Source: a bacterium
GTDB taxonomy: Bacteria; Oederibacteriota; PGYV01; Palsa-1178
Length of the DNA stretch: 42,504 bases
Direction: 5' to 3'
NCBI GenBank assembly: GCA_037138355.1
Contig: JBAXIL010000011.1
Coordinates: forward strand, 1-42,504
Made by a program: the position numbers and the translations under genes. The notes under the pieces are model-generated. The model made no database searches and was not told where the DNA came from. It saw only the letters and a list, made by a program, of their open reading frames with translations. Below are positions 17,092-26,655 of the stretch, in pieces; the stretch's first letter is position 1, and each line of letters starts with the position of its first letter.

Positions 17092-18188
17092 AAATACTAT
17101 ATAAATATATATTAAAAGAAATCATAAAATCTTTTATTCTAATTATTTCTGCCATAGTTTTATTCATACTGATTTCGAATTTACTTGACGAAACTCCGCT
17201 TATGTTAAGATTCAGACCACCCCTAATACTTGTTATTAACTATTTCCTTTTCAAACTACCTTTTTTAGCCACCGAAGCACTTCCTTCTTCTATGCTTTTA
17301 TCTATACTATATGTTTTCAGCCAATTAAATAGGACTAATGAATTAAATGCAATTAAATCAGCCGGAGTTGACTTCTTTTCTGTTATAAAACCAATTTTAG
17401 CTTTTGCTTTAATTGTTAGTCTCGGCTCTATAATAATTAACGAGACTCTGGTTTCGCGCGCTTATGAAAAAGCAGAATACATAAAAGATGTATTAATAGA
17501 AAAAAAAGGTAACGCTTCAACCGAAATAAGGCAGGACTTAGCAAAGCTTTCATCCGGTGGCAAGGTATTTTACATTAAGTACTTTGACGGCTTGATAGGT
17601 TTAATGCGTGGGGTATGTATTCTCACCATAGATAATAATTTTAACATTGTCGAAAGACTTGATGCCCGAGAAGGAACTTGGGACAAAGATAAGTGGCTTT
17701 TAAAAGACACGGTGATTCGCAATTTTAGCAACAGTATTGAAACCAAAGTAAATAAGTTTTCTTTGTACACCTTACAGGTAAAAGACGCGCCAGAAGATTT
17801 CGTAGTTAGAAAAAAAAGTCCTGAAGATACTCTGACCGTAAATATATTTCGACTAAACAAGCTCATAAAACTTTTAAAAGAGAGTGGCTTTAATGCCGGA
17901 GAGGAAGAAACAAATCTTCATCTCAAATTAGCCTTCCCTTTTGCGACTTTTATTTTTGCTTTACTTGGAATTTCAATACCTTTTATGTTTTCTACAACTC
18001 GAAGCTTTTTAAACGCGGCCCTTGGTTTTATCACAACAATAATAATTTCTTTCTTTTATATGGGCTTTGTTACTATTGGGCTTTCGCTTGGAAAGGTAGC
18101 AGTAATGCCTCCGATTCTTGCGGCATGGATGGCAAATATTATCTTCATATGCTTGGGTTTTGTAGTTCTTATGAAGGTCAAAAGGTAG
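17088..18188 (+). CDS. lptG: LPS export ABC permease LptG
   Basis: NELNAIKSAG, HLKLAFPF, PPILAAWMANIIF; LptF/LptG architecture. Confidence 0.9.
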   Translation: MKILYKYILKEIIKSFILIISAIVLFILISNLLDETPLMLRFRPPLILVINYFLFKLPFLATEALPSSMLLSILYVFSQLNRTNELNAIKSAGVDFFSVIKPILAFALIVSLGSIIINETLVSRAYEKAEYIKDVLIEKKGNASTEIRQDLAKLSSGGKVFYIKYFDGLIGLMRGVCILTIDNNFNIVERLDAREGTWDKDKWLLKDTVIRNFSNSIETKVNKFSLYTLQVKDAPEDFVVRKKSPEDTLTVNIFRLNKLIKLLKESGFNAGEEETNLHLKLAFPFATFIFALLGISIPFMFSTTRSFLNAALGFITTIIISFFYMGFVTIGLSLGKVAVMPPILAAWMANIIFICLGFVVLMKVKR

Positions 18189-18202
18189 AAAAAGTTAATT
18201 TA

Positions 18203-19411
18203 TTATCTTCTTTTTAGATATCTCAATGGGTCAACTGGCACACCTTTATTTCTAAGTTCAAAATACAATTCATTACCAAAAAACGATTCTGTATCTCCTA
18301 CTTTACCTATTACTTGCCTAATACCAACCTTGCTACCTACAGTAGTATTTAATTCTGAAAGATGAGCGTATATGGAGTAATAACCTTCTGCATGCAAAAT
18401 TACAATCATTTTTCCATAACCTTCAAACCAATCAGCATATCTAACCACTCCAGAAAACACAGAAAAGACAGGAGCTCCATAGCGCTCGCTTATATGAAGA
18501 CCACGATTTTCAACTATAGATTTAAATTGCGGATGTTTATACTTACCAAATTTCGCCAAGATATATCCCGCCTCAACTGGCCAAGCAAACTTACCTTTAT
18601 TTTGAATAAATGCAACTGCGGCTTCCTTGTTTAGTATTTCTTTTACTACAGGCATATCATCAATTAATTTATTAAGTTTTCTTGCGGATAGCTCAAGCTC
18701 TTTTACCATGTCCGAGCGTTCTTTTATATTTGATTGTATATTCTTAAGTAAAGTTTTTTTCTGAGCTGACTCATTTTTAAATTGTTTCCACTGGTCTTCT
18801 TTATCTTTTTTTACAACATTAAGCTCACCTTTATAATCTAAGATTGCCGCTTTGTCAGAATCTAATTTTTGTAAAATTATGATATATTCCTCAACCACAT
18901 CTGCATTTTTACGAGATAAAATTTTTACGAACTTATAATTTTTTATAAAATCAGCTATTCCTCCAGATCTAAACAAAAACTTTATATAAGTTTTATCTTG
19001 TTGCTCGTATTGTCTTCTGAGGGTCTCCATGACAACTTTCTTTCTTAACTCTTTTTGATTTTCAGCATCTTTGATTCTTTTATTTAAGTTAGAGATGTTT
19101 GTTTCGAGCATACCTATATTATTTTTAAAGACATTAAGTTCCTTGCGAGTTATATCAAGTTTTTTTTCAATCTTTTGTATGGATTTGGTAGTTGATTTTT
19201 CACGGTATTTCTCTTTCTCTATATTTTCACGCTCAAGCTTTATGGCTGCTCTAATAGAATTGAGATCGTTTTTAGTTTTATCAAGATTAGCCTTGTAATC
19301 CTTTACTTCAACATTTGATGTATCTGAATCCAAAGCCGATATGGTATTTACTGAAACAAACAAAAAACTAAACAAAAGTAAAAGACTTAATAAAACCGCC
19401 TTGAATTTCAC
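18203..19411 (-). CDS. envC: Murein hydrolase activator EnvC (coiled coil plus degenerate M23 domain)
   Basis: Follows ftsEX; long coiled coil; WPV.G, GYGKMIVILH, YAHLS; zinc ligands degenerate (ENRGLHI, LYFEL). Confidence 0.88.
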   Translation of the reverse strand: MKFKAVLLSLLLLFSFLFVSVNTISALDSDTSNVEVKDYKANLDKTKNDLNSIRAAIKLERENIEKEKYREKSTTKSIQKIEKKLDITRKELNVFKNNIGMLETNISNLNKRIKDAENQKELRKKVVMETLRRQYEQQDKTYIKFLFRSGGIADFIKNYKFVKILSRKNADVVEEYIIILQKLDSDKAAILDYKGELNVVKKDKEDQWKQFKNESAQKKTLLKNIQSNIKERSDMVKELELSARKLNKLIDDMPVVKEILNKEAAVAFIQNKGKFAWPVEAGYILAKFGKYKHPQFKSIVENRGLHISERYGAPVFSVFSGVVRYADWFEGYGKMIVILHAEGYYSIYAHLSELNTTVGSKVGIRQVIGKVGDTESFFGNELYFELRNKGVPVDPLRYLKRR

Positions 19412-20286
19412 TTAAAAAGCTTCCATTGTGCAGATATAGCCCCCAAAAAGCCGAGAGAAGCTCCCGCTCCTATAGATCCAAGCATAAATTTCACATTAAA
19501 AAACATGGGCTTAAAAAGATAAAACTCCGACAAATCCATACCTGTTTCTTTCCTGATCTGGCTTATTAAAATATTAACAACTGCATATAATGGTCCCCAA
19601 CCAATTAAGCCCCCTATAAAACCATGTACAATTCCTTCCACTATGAAAGGCATGCGTATAAACGACTCAGAAGCGCCAATCATACGAAATACATATATAT
19701 CCTGTCTTCTGGCATAAACTGTCAGTCTGATGATGTTTGAAACTACCAATAAGGAGGAAACGATAAAAATTATACCTACAACACCAGCAATCATTTTAAC
19801 AACTTCAATTATATTTATCATATTCTCAATTTCGCTGCCACCGTACTGTATATCCTCAATGCCTTCTTTTGAATCAAAAAACTTAACTATCTTATCTATA
19901 TTATTTTTAGAATATTGATTTAATTTGACATTGATAGAGTCAGGCAATGGATTAGTACTAAAGGTTTTCATAATGCCTGCTATATCAGGATCCTTTACAT
20001 AATCTATAAACGCCTCTTCCTTGGAAATAAACTTTATTTCTTTAACATCAAGAGTTGACTGCGCCTCTGATATGATACTGTCAATCTTATCTTTTTGTAT
20101 ACCGTCATGAAGGAAAACAACAACTTCAACTTTTTGTTGTACTTGCTTAACTGTATAATTAATGGACTCATTAATTATAAAATAACCACCCAGTGCAGTC
20201 ACAGCAAGTATTATAGTACCTATTGAAATCAAACTCATAAAACCACTGCGTTTAAAATTTAAAAAGACTTCTTTAAGCCACCTCAT
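19408..20286 (-). CDS. ftsX: Cell division permease FtsX
   Basis: FISKEEA, NPLPDS, NIIRLTVYARRQDI..MIGASESFIRMPFIVEG. Confidence 0.93.
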   Translation of the reverse strand: MRWLKEVFLNFKRSGFMSLISIGTIILAVTALGGYFIINESINYTVKQVQQKVEVVVFLHDGIQKDKIDSIISEAQSTLDVKEIKFISKEEAFIDYVKDPDIAGIMKTFSTNPLPDSINVKLNQYSKNNIDKIVKFFDSKEGIEDIQYGGSEIENMINIIEVVKMIAGVVGIIFIVSSLLVVSNIIRLTVYARRQDIYVFRMIGASESFIRMPFIVEGIVHGFIGGLIGWGPLYAVVNILISQIRKETGMDLSEFYLFKPMFFNVKFMLGSIGAGASLGFLGAISAQWKLFK

Positions 20287-20945
20287 GCTGGCACCACCTT
20301 TCCGTGCTCAAGCATAATTATTCTCTTGTTCATTTTAGAAGTGATGTTTTTATTGTGAGTAGCTATTAGTATAGTTGTGCCTTTATTATTTAGTTCATTA
20401 AACATATTCATAATTTGCCATGAACTCTCTTCATCAAGGTTTCCAGTTGGCTCATCAGCCAAAATAATAGACGGATTAAGAATAGTGGCACGCGCAATCG
20501 CAACCTTTTGTTTTTCACCACCAGATAAATGCCATGGATTAAGCTTTTCCTTACCTGAAAGACCAATTTTTTTTATGGCTTCCAAGACTGTTATTTGAAT
20601 AAAACCCTGAGGATATCCAGTTATTATTAATGGAAGTGATAAATTATCAAATACAGAACGATCAAAAAGTAATTTAAAATCCTGAAACACAAAGCCTATG
20701 CGTCGTCTGTACAAGGGTACTTTATTATTAGGCAAGTGTGCAATGTCATTATTTTCTACAATTATGTTTCCAGTGTCAGTTTTTTCTTCTCTATACAAAA
20801 GATTAAAGACGGTACTTTTCCCAGCTCCAGATGGACCCGAGATAAAAACAAACTCCCCTTTTTCAATAGTAAAAGATACATTTTCTAAGGCCATAATATC
20901 CTTTTCAAAAACTTTTGTTACATTGTTAAATTGTATCATTTTCAC
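20283..20945 (-). CDS. ftsE: Cell division ATPase FtsE
   Basis: GPSGAGKST, RRRIGFVFQDFKLL, LSGGE, ADEPTGNLD; start may be ATG 20939. Confidence 0.94.
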   Translation of the reverse strand: MKMIQFNNVTKVFEKDIMALENVSFTIEKGEFVFISGPSGAGKSTVFNLLYREEKTDTGNIIVENNDIAHLPNNKVPLYRRRIGFVFQDFKLLFDRSVFDNLSLPLIITGYPQGFIQITVLEAIKKIGLSGKEKLNPWHLSGGEKQKVAIARATILNPSIILADEPTGNLDEESSWQIMNMFNELNNKGTTILIATHNKNITSKMNKRIIMLEHGKVVPA

Positions 20946-20974
20946 CTTTTTTTAATGCCATTGTATTTACAACA

Positions 20975-22381
20975 TTAAAGAATTACTTCTTCACCAGGTC
21001 CAGGATTGTCAACATTTTGCATTCCACAATTATGTAAAGCGTGTATGAGTTCTTCCTGCTGGCCTTCTTCACCATGAACAAGAAATATTTTCTTTAACCT
21101 TCCTTCGCTCATTTTTGAAGTTGCTTGTATAAACTTAATTAATTCTTTCTGCCCTGCATGACCTGAAAACTCATTTATTACTGTTACTTGTGCCTGAACA
21201 TTATATGAATCTCCAAAAATTTTAACAAGCTTTTCGCCCTCTACAAGCCTGCGACCTAAAGTATTGATTGCCTGATATCCAACTATGAGTATCGTATTCT
21301 TTGGATTTCCAATATTATTTTTTAAATGGTGCAATATTCGACCAGCTTCACACATACCAGTTGCTGACAAAATTATACATGGCTTTACATAATCATTTAT
21401 TGCTTTAGAATCATCCACACTCACGGTATATTTTACAAGATCCAAATGAAAAGGATCATTATTATCGGCAATAAATTTAAGCATATCTTTATCAAAACAT
21501 TCGGCATGTCTATTAAATACTTCAGTAACTTTTACTGTCAAAGGAGAATCAACAAAAACAGGCATTGGAGGAATCTTATTTGTCAGAAATAATTTATTTA
21601 AAACATATAAAACTTCCTGAGCCCTCTCGACAGCGAAAACAGGTATAATAATTTTTCCACCTTTATTGTATGTATCAGTAACTATTGCTGCCAGTTTGGC
21701 ATAGGCCGTTGCTACTGGTTTGTGGTCACGACCACCGTAAGTTGACTCAACCACAAGATAATCCACATCCCTTATCTGATCTGGGTCAGCAAGTATAGGC
21801 AGACTTTTGCGTCCCAAATCACCAGTAAAGCCAATCTTTATTTCTCTATCTTTTTCCTGAAGTTTTACAACAGCCATAGTAGAACCAAGTATATGTCCTG
21901 CATTAAGAAGATAAGCACTTATGTCTTCTCTAAAAGTAATTTTTTCACCAAGATTTTTAGTCACAAAATAATTAAGTGAGGCCTCAGCCTGTTCTATACT
22001 ATACAAAGGTTCAAACAAGGTCTTGCCCTGTTTAAGTCTTTTTTTATTTACATATTCTAAATCTTTTAATTGCACATAAGCAGAATCTGGAAGCATTAAT
22101 TCGCATAAGTCTTTTGTGGCATACGAGCTGTAAACATTTCCTTTAAAACCCTGATTTATCAGCGTTGGAATATTTCCACTATGATCTATATGTGCATGTG
22201 TTAATATCATCGCATTTATTTCATATGCTGGGAAAGCAATATTTCTATTACGGTCGTATGATTCCTTTCTCTTACCCTGAATCATTCCGCAATCAATTAA
22301 GAGTTTGTAGCCATCCTTTTCAATTACATGCATTGAACCAGTTACTTCTCTTGCAGCACCAAAAAACTGTAATTTTGTCAA
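20975..22381 (-). CDS. Metallo-beta-lactamase beta-CASP ribonuclease
   Basis: GAAREVTGS, LTHAHIDHSG, AGHILGS, ESTYG, GMCEAGRILHHL, FSGHA, LVHGE. Confidence 0.92.
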   Translation of the reverse strand: MTKLQFFGAAREVTGSMHVIEKDGYKLLIDCGMIQGKRKESYDRNRNIAFPAYEINAMILTHAHIDHSGNIPTLINQGFKGNVYSSYATKDLCELMLPDSAYVQLKDLEYVNKKRLKQGKTLFEPLYSIEQAEASLNYFVTKNLGEKITFREDISAYLLNAGHILGSTMAVVKLQEKDREIKIGFTGDLGRKSLPILADPDQIRDVDYLVVESTYGGRDHKPVATAYAKLAAIVTDTYNKGGKIIIPVFAVERAQEVLYVLNKLFLTNKIPPMPVFVDSPLTVKVTEVFNRHAECFDKDMLKFIADNNDPFHLDLVKYTVSVDDSKAINDYVKPCIILSATGMCEAGRILHHLKNNIGNPKNTILIVGYQAINTLGRRLVEGEKLVKIFGDSYNVQAQVTVINEFSGHAGQKELIKFIQATSKMSEGRLKKIFLVHGEEGQQEELIHALHNCGMQNVDNPGPGEEVIL

Positions 22382-22394
22382 AAAACCCTCCGGT

Positions 22395-23372
22395 TTATAT
22401 CGAAAAAACCCTATTCATTTTGTAAGCCGCTGTGTCTATCTTTCGTTCTTTACCTATAACACTTTTCATATCCAAAACTACGACTTTATTACCTTGCATG
22501 CCAACCATCATGCTTTGTTTCTTTTTAAGTTTTATTAAACACTTTACAGCCTCATAACCAAACACAAGTCCAAGTCTGCGAGAAACAGCTGTTGGAGCTC
22601 CTCCGCGTTGTATATAACCTAATACTGTATATCTTGTTTCCATACCAGTTGCTTTCTCTATTTTTCTTGCAAACTCAGCTGAACGGCCAACGCCTTCTGC
22701 CATAACTATAATGGAACTGTTCTTTCCTCTTTTTAATCCATTATTTAAAACTGCAGCAATTTTTTTCATATCAAGATCTTTCTTAAATTCAGGAATCAAA
22801 ATTAGTTCGGCTCCACCTGTCAAACCGACTTCAAGTGCCACAAAACCATGTTCTCTGCCCATTACTTCAACAATAAAAATACGCTCGTGGGAGGCTGCTG
22901 TATCTCTTATCTTATCAATTGCATCAAGACCTACATTAATAGCCGAATCAAAGCCTATTGTATAATCAGTGCCATAGACATCATTATCTATTGATGCTGG
23001 AATAAAACACGAAGGTATGCCAGTTTCTTTTGTTATAGCATAAAGTCCTCTTCTGGAACCATCTCCGCCAATAGATATCAAACCATCAATTTTACGATCC
23101 TTTAGATAATCATATGCAATTTTTCTGATTTCTTTCTTGTGAAAATCTTTTGAACGAACCGTATGAAGAATAGTACCACCACGATTAATAATACCTCCTA
23201 CCGAGGCCAAATCCATTGCTATAAATTGATTATGCACAAGACCGTGTAAACCTTCTTGAATACCCATAACTTCAATACCGTTGGCAATGCCTGTTCTTAC
23301 AACAGCTCTTATTGCCGCATTCATACCCGAAGCGTCTCCACCAGTAGTCATTACTGCTATTTTCTTTATCAT
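22395..23372 (-). CDS. pfkA: 6-phosphofructokinase
   Basis: GGDASGMNAAIRAVVR, GGDGS, SIDND, EVMGR, LGYIQRGG. Confidence 0.95.
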   Translation of the reverse strand: MIKKIAVMTTGGDASGMNAAIRAVVRTGIANGIEVMGIQEGLHGLVHNQFIAMDLASVGGIINRGGTILHTVRSKDFHKKEIRKIAYDYLKDRKIDGLISIGGDGSRRGLYAITKETGIPSCFIPASIDNDVYGTDYTIGFDSAINVGLDAIDKIRDTAASHERIFIVEVMGREHGFVALEVGLTGGAELILIPEFKKDLDMKKIAAVLNNGLKRGKNSSIIVMAEGVGRSAEFARKIEKATGMETRYTVLGYIQRGGAPTAVSRRLGLVFGYEAVKCLIKLKKKQSMMVGMQGNKVVVLDMKSVIGKERKIDTAAYKMNRVFSI

Positions 23373-23418
23373 TAAATCCTCCTAATTAATTGTCATAAAA
23401 AAATCATGGTTAAAAATG

Positions 23419-23982
23419 TTACCTACTTTTTTGTCTTATGGATGACTTCCATATTTTCACACGAAGCATTTCGTCATCGCGTGTTTCCCAAAAGAAAGAA
23501 GAATCTATAACTTCCAAATCTTTTACATATTTTTTCTTTATATAATCTAACAGTTTTACAACCTGTATATGATACTCCGCACCCATTGTATGAACCTTTA
23601 CAAATGGATAATACAAAAACTCATACTTTTTTATTGTCAATTTTTTTTGAATACTTGATGTTTTTGTTGAAAGAAAAGCGATTGTAGACAATCTGCCTGT
23701 TTTATCAAATGTTATTCTAAGTGGCTCATAATCTGGCTTAATTTTTATACTTATTCCTTCCAAAAAAACTTCCGAACTACTTAAAGCCCTTGTTTCCATA
23801 GCTTCAAGATCTTTAATGATACTTTCATTCGAGGAAGATGTTTTCATAGTCAAGGTGAGAAAATTATCTTTTATAAGTGAGTATTCCCAACCTGAAATTC
23901 TGGAAATATCAATAAGCTCGTCCACTAATTGATTGATAATCTCTTTTGATTGTAAGGTACCACTGTATTTTAAATTTATCAT
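23419..23982 (-). CDS. Hypothetical protein
   Basis: 187-aa ORF with GAGGA RBS, co-oriented ahead of pfkA; no motif assigned. Confidence 0.75.
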   Translation of the reverse strand: MINLKYSGTLQSKEIINQLVDELIDISRISGWEYSLIKDNFLTLTMKTSSSNESIIKDLEAMETRALSSSEVFLEGISIKIKPDYEPLRITFDKTGRLSTIAFLSTKTSSIQKKLTIKKYEFLYYPFVKVHTMGAEYHIQVVKLLDYIKKKYVKDLEVIDSSFFWETRDDEMLRVKIWKSSIRQKSR

Positions 23983-24095
23983 ATTGTCCTCATTAAACTA
24001 CTGTAATTAAATCACATATACAAAAGCCCATATTTCACTGCATAAAATATGCTTATAACAAAAAATGAAGGTTTATTACAATGCTTCTTAAATCT

Positions 24096-24124
24096 ATGAT
24101 AATAAAGATTAGCCAATAAATCAA
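24096..24124 (-). promoter_or_regulatory. Sigma70-type promoter for the hypothetical-pfkA-ftsEX run
   Basis: TTGATT-N17-TATCAT. Confidence 0.55.
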
Positions 24125-24208
24125 GCGGTTTTTTGGGTTTCAAATTAGCCTTTAGATTTCAACAAATAATATTTGATATTATATTCAAGCAAAATATATT
24201 AATAATGA

Positions 24209-25615
24209 TTATTTGATTTTTTCAATACTTAAAATATTTTTTGTGTTATTAGATACTTTCACCCTATCATCAATACGCGCACCAGTAATCCAAATTACTT
24301 TATTCTTATCTGTTATCAAAGAATTATTTTGTTCAAGGTTATTTGAATTATAAAACTTTTTGAGATGTACTTGTTTTGCCATGCCATAAGGCATAAACTT
24401 ATCTCCTGCCTTTCTAAATCTAATTGCCAAAGGAAAAGTAAGCAAACTCATATCGAGAAAAGCTTTATTTTTATTTTTATAATTCAGTTTTTTAACATGC
24501 TTCATTATTTTAAATAGAAACTTAGTATGGTCAAAATCCACAATCATGCCATTTTCTGGAACTATAAGAACTGGCTCTACAATTGGATTATTTTTTTTTC
24601 GAGATATCGTCATAAGCTTATTTTTAACTGAACAAAAGTATCCTTCTGGTAATTGCATGGATTTATGATTTAAAGCACATAATAGTACCAGCTCTACTGC
24701 CTCAAAACCAACTTTTCTTGAACTTTTAAATAAATACTTAAGCGCCATTCTCGCTACCCTTCGCTGTAGTGCTTTATGATAGACAGAAAATTTCGCTATA
24801 TTTATTTGAATGCTGTCCTTGTTTAAGCTAACAGATGATTTATATGCCTCCAAAGAAGTTGCTGTCAGATAGTCATTTTCACTCGCCAATATCAAACCTG
24901 TGGAAGCAAGCGTTTCCTTAAAACGAGGATTAAAAGCTTTTGCAATCTCAGGAATTAACCAGTTTCGTAACTTATTTCTTAGGTAAATATCTTTAAAATT
25001 TGATTTATCTGTTACAAATTTAATAGCATTTTGTTTAAGATAAGTAAGTATCTCACTCTTTTTCAAACCCAATAAAGGTCTTATCATCGTAAAAGAATGT
25101 TTTTGTGATTTATCGTATTTTAAATCAAAAGCCGAAGGAGTTATTGTTCGTACATCCGAGATTCCAGACAAACCTTCACTACCAGCTCCATAAATAATTC
25201 TCATAAAGACTGTCTCTGCATTATCGTCAAGATTATGACCGACAGCAATCTTATCTGCCTTCACCTTCATCGCGCATTTAATCAAAAACTTATATCGCTC
25301 TATTCTTGCATTTTTTTCTATTCCACCTTTTCTTTCAAGTGAAAGTTTTTTAATATCTTTTTCGGCTGTAAAAAAAGGTATTCCTTTTAATGTACAGAGT
25401 TTTTTAACAAAGCTCGCATCTGCCAAACTCGCTTTCCCGCGTAACTTATGGTTAAAATGAGCTGCAAATAATTTTATTTTGTATTCTTTGCTTATTGAAA
25501 TCAGCAAATGAAGTAGCGCTACGGAATCAGGTCCCCCAGACAAAGCAATGACTACAGTATCTCCATAAGATATATATTTATGAATATTTTTCGAGAAATA
25601 CGCAGGTAAGTCCAT
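24209..25615 (-). CDS. tilS: tRNA(Ile)-lysidine synthase
   Basis: SGGPDS PP-loop, HFNHKLRG, ARIERY, GHNLDDNAET, IRPLL, RNKLR, C-terminal R.GDKF.P.G. Confidence 0.95.
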   Translation of the reverse strand: MDLPAYFSKNIHKYISYGDTVVIALSGGPDSVALLHLLISISKEYKIKLFAAHFNHKLRGKASLADASFVKKLCTLKGIPFFTAEKDIKKLSLERKGGIEKNARIERYKFLIKCAMKVKADKIAVGHNLDDNAETVFMRIIYGAGSEGLSGISDVRTITPSAFDLKYDKSQKHSFTMIRPLLGLKKSEILTYLKQNAIKFVTDKSNFKDIYLRNKLRNWLIPEIAKAFNPRFKETLASTGLILASENDYLTATSLEAYKSSVSLNKDSIQINIAKFSVYHKALQRRVARMALKYLFKSSRKVGFEAVELVLLCALNHKSMQLPEGYFCSVKNKLMTISRKKNNPIVEPVLIVPENGMIVDFDHTKFLFKIMKHVKKLNYKNKNKAFLDMSLLTFPLAIRFRKAGDKFMPYGMAKQVHLKKFYNSNNLEQNNSLITDKNKVIWITGARIDDRVKVSNNTKNILSIEKIK

Positions 25616-25683
25616 TTCTATTTACTCCAATCTTTATCACTTTATCTTCAAATATTTAACAAATTAAGCCTTTTAATAAAAAT

Positions 25684-25760
25684 TGGTAGCGGCGGAGGGA
25701 TTCGAACCCCCGACAACTCGGGTATGAACCGAGTGCTCTAACCAACTGAGCTACACCGCC
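25684..25760 (-). tRNA. tRNA-Met(CAT), elongator type, CCA encoded
   Basis: GGCGGTGTAGCTCAGTTGGTTAGAGCACTCGGTTCATACCCGAGTTGTCGGGGGTTCGAATCCCTCCGCCGCTACCA (77 nt); cloverleaf; lacks the initiator C1:A72 mismatch and the three G:C anticodon-stem pairs. Confidence 0.95.
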
Positions 25761-25887
25761 AAACTAATTAACCATAATCTTATAACAAAATCGGCACTAT
25801 TTTGCAAGTTTAATATTTTTTTACAATTTACTTGTGCTAAATATAATGTTATTGTTATACCTAATAGCTTAAAAAACGGAGGCATTG

Positions 25888-26643
25888 ATGATATACAAAA
25901 TAGTACTAATAATTTCGCTGTTTATTACTAATACAATCATTGCTAAAGACCTAAGTCAATCAAATGCAACAATTGAGGTTTTACCATCAAGACAAGTTCA
26001 CAACTCATCAATAAACGCCTTGATAAAAAGACCTTTAATCACAGTAAAGTCGGTACCAAATGCAATAATTGATGGCATATTTTCAGAGAAAATTACCTCA
26101 TTGCCACTCGAGATAAATAGCAAATTGATTAGAAATAATAAAACTTCATCTGGTACTATCTACATTGGTTTCGATGAAAACAACTTATATCTGTATGCCG
26201 ACATAAACGACAAAACACCAGGCAATAATGTACAACACCACGGTGATATATGGAATGGCGACGCTTTAGAATTGACTTTATGCACAGACTCTCATGCCAA
26301 TCCTATGAGAGAAGCTTTTACATCACATGATTTTAGAATTATTATTAAAGCTTCTCCAGATACGCAATCATGGAACTGTACCAAGCAGTCCCCTCTCATT
26401 AAACCAATAATATTTTATACCCAAAAGAAAAGCGGCTGGATTATAGAAGCTTTTATTCCATGGTATAACTTTGATATTAGATGTTTTTGTAGCATAAAAG
26501 ATAAAACCTTAGGTTTTAATACTGTTATTGATAATGCAGACAACCTTTTAGGAAGAAACAACCAAGCAACTTGGACCGGAAAAGAAGATTTTATTGAAAA
26601 CCCTTCACAATGGGGTCAAATAATTTTCTCAACAAAAAAATAA
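25888..26643 (+). CDS. Secreted CBM9-like (DOMON-like) sugar-binding protein
   Basis: GGAGG RBS; signal peptide; IDG...E, FDENNLYLYADIND, IWNGDALEL, WIIEAFIPW, LGFN.VID.AD, PSQWG. Confidence 0.8.
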   Translation: MIYKIVLIISLFITNTIIAKDLSQSNATIEVLPSRQVHNSSINALIKRPLITVKSVPNAIIDGIFSEKITSLPLEINSKLIRNNKTSSGTIYIGFDENNLYLYADINDKTPGNNVQHHGDIWNGDALELTLCTDSHANPMREAFTSHDFRIIIKASPDTQSWNCTKQSPLIKPIIFYTQKKSGWIIEAFIPWYNFDIRCFCSIKDKTLGFNTVIDNADNLLGRNNQATWTGKEDFIENPSQWGQIIFSTKK

Positions 26644-26655
26644 AACAATTTATAT

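Noticed and set aside
18203..18600. Loss of M23 zinc ligands as a sign of pseudogenisation
   Set aside because: A degenerate M23 domain is normal for EnvC.
24080..24105. GCATTGTA resembling the ECF -10 element in the tilS downstream gap
   Set aside because: No TGCAAC 15 nt upstream; a sigma70 promoter explains the region.
25684..26643. tRNA as integration site of a mobile element
   Set aside because: No integrase and no duplicated tRNA 3' end seen; tilS follows the tRNA 3' end directly.
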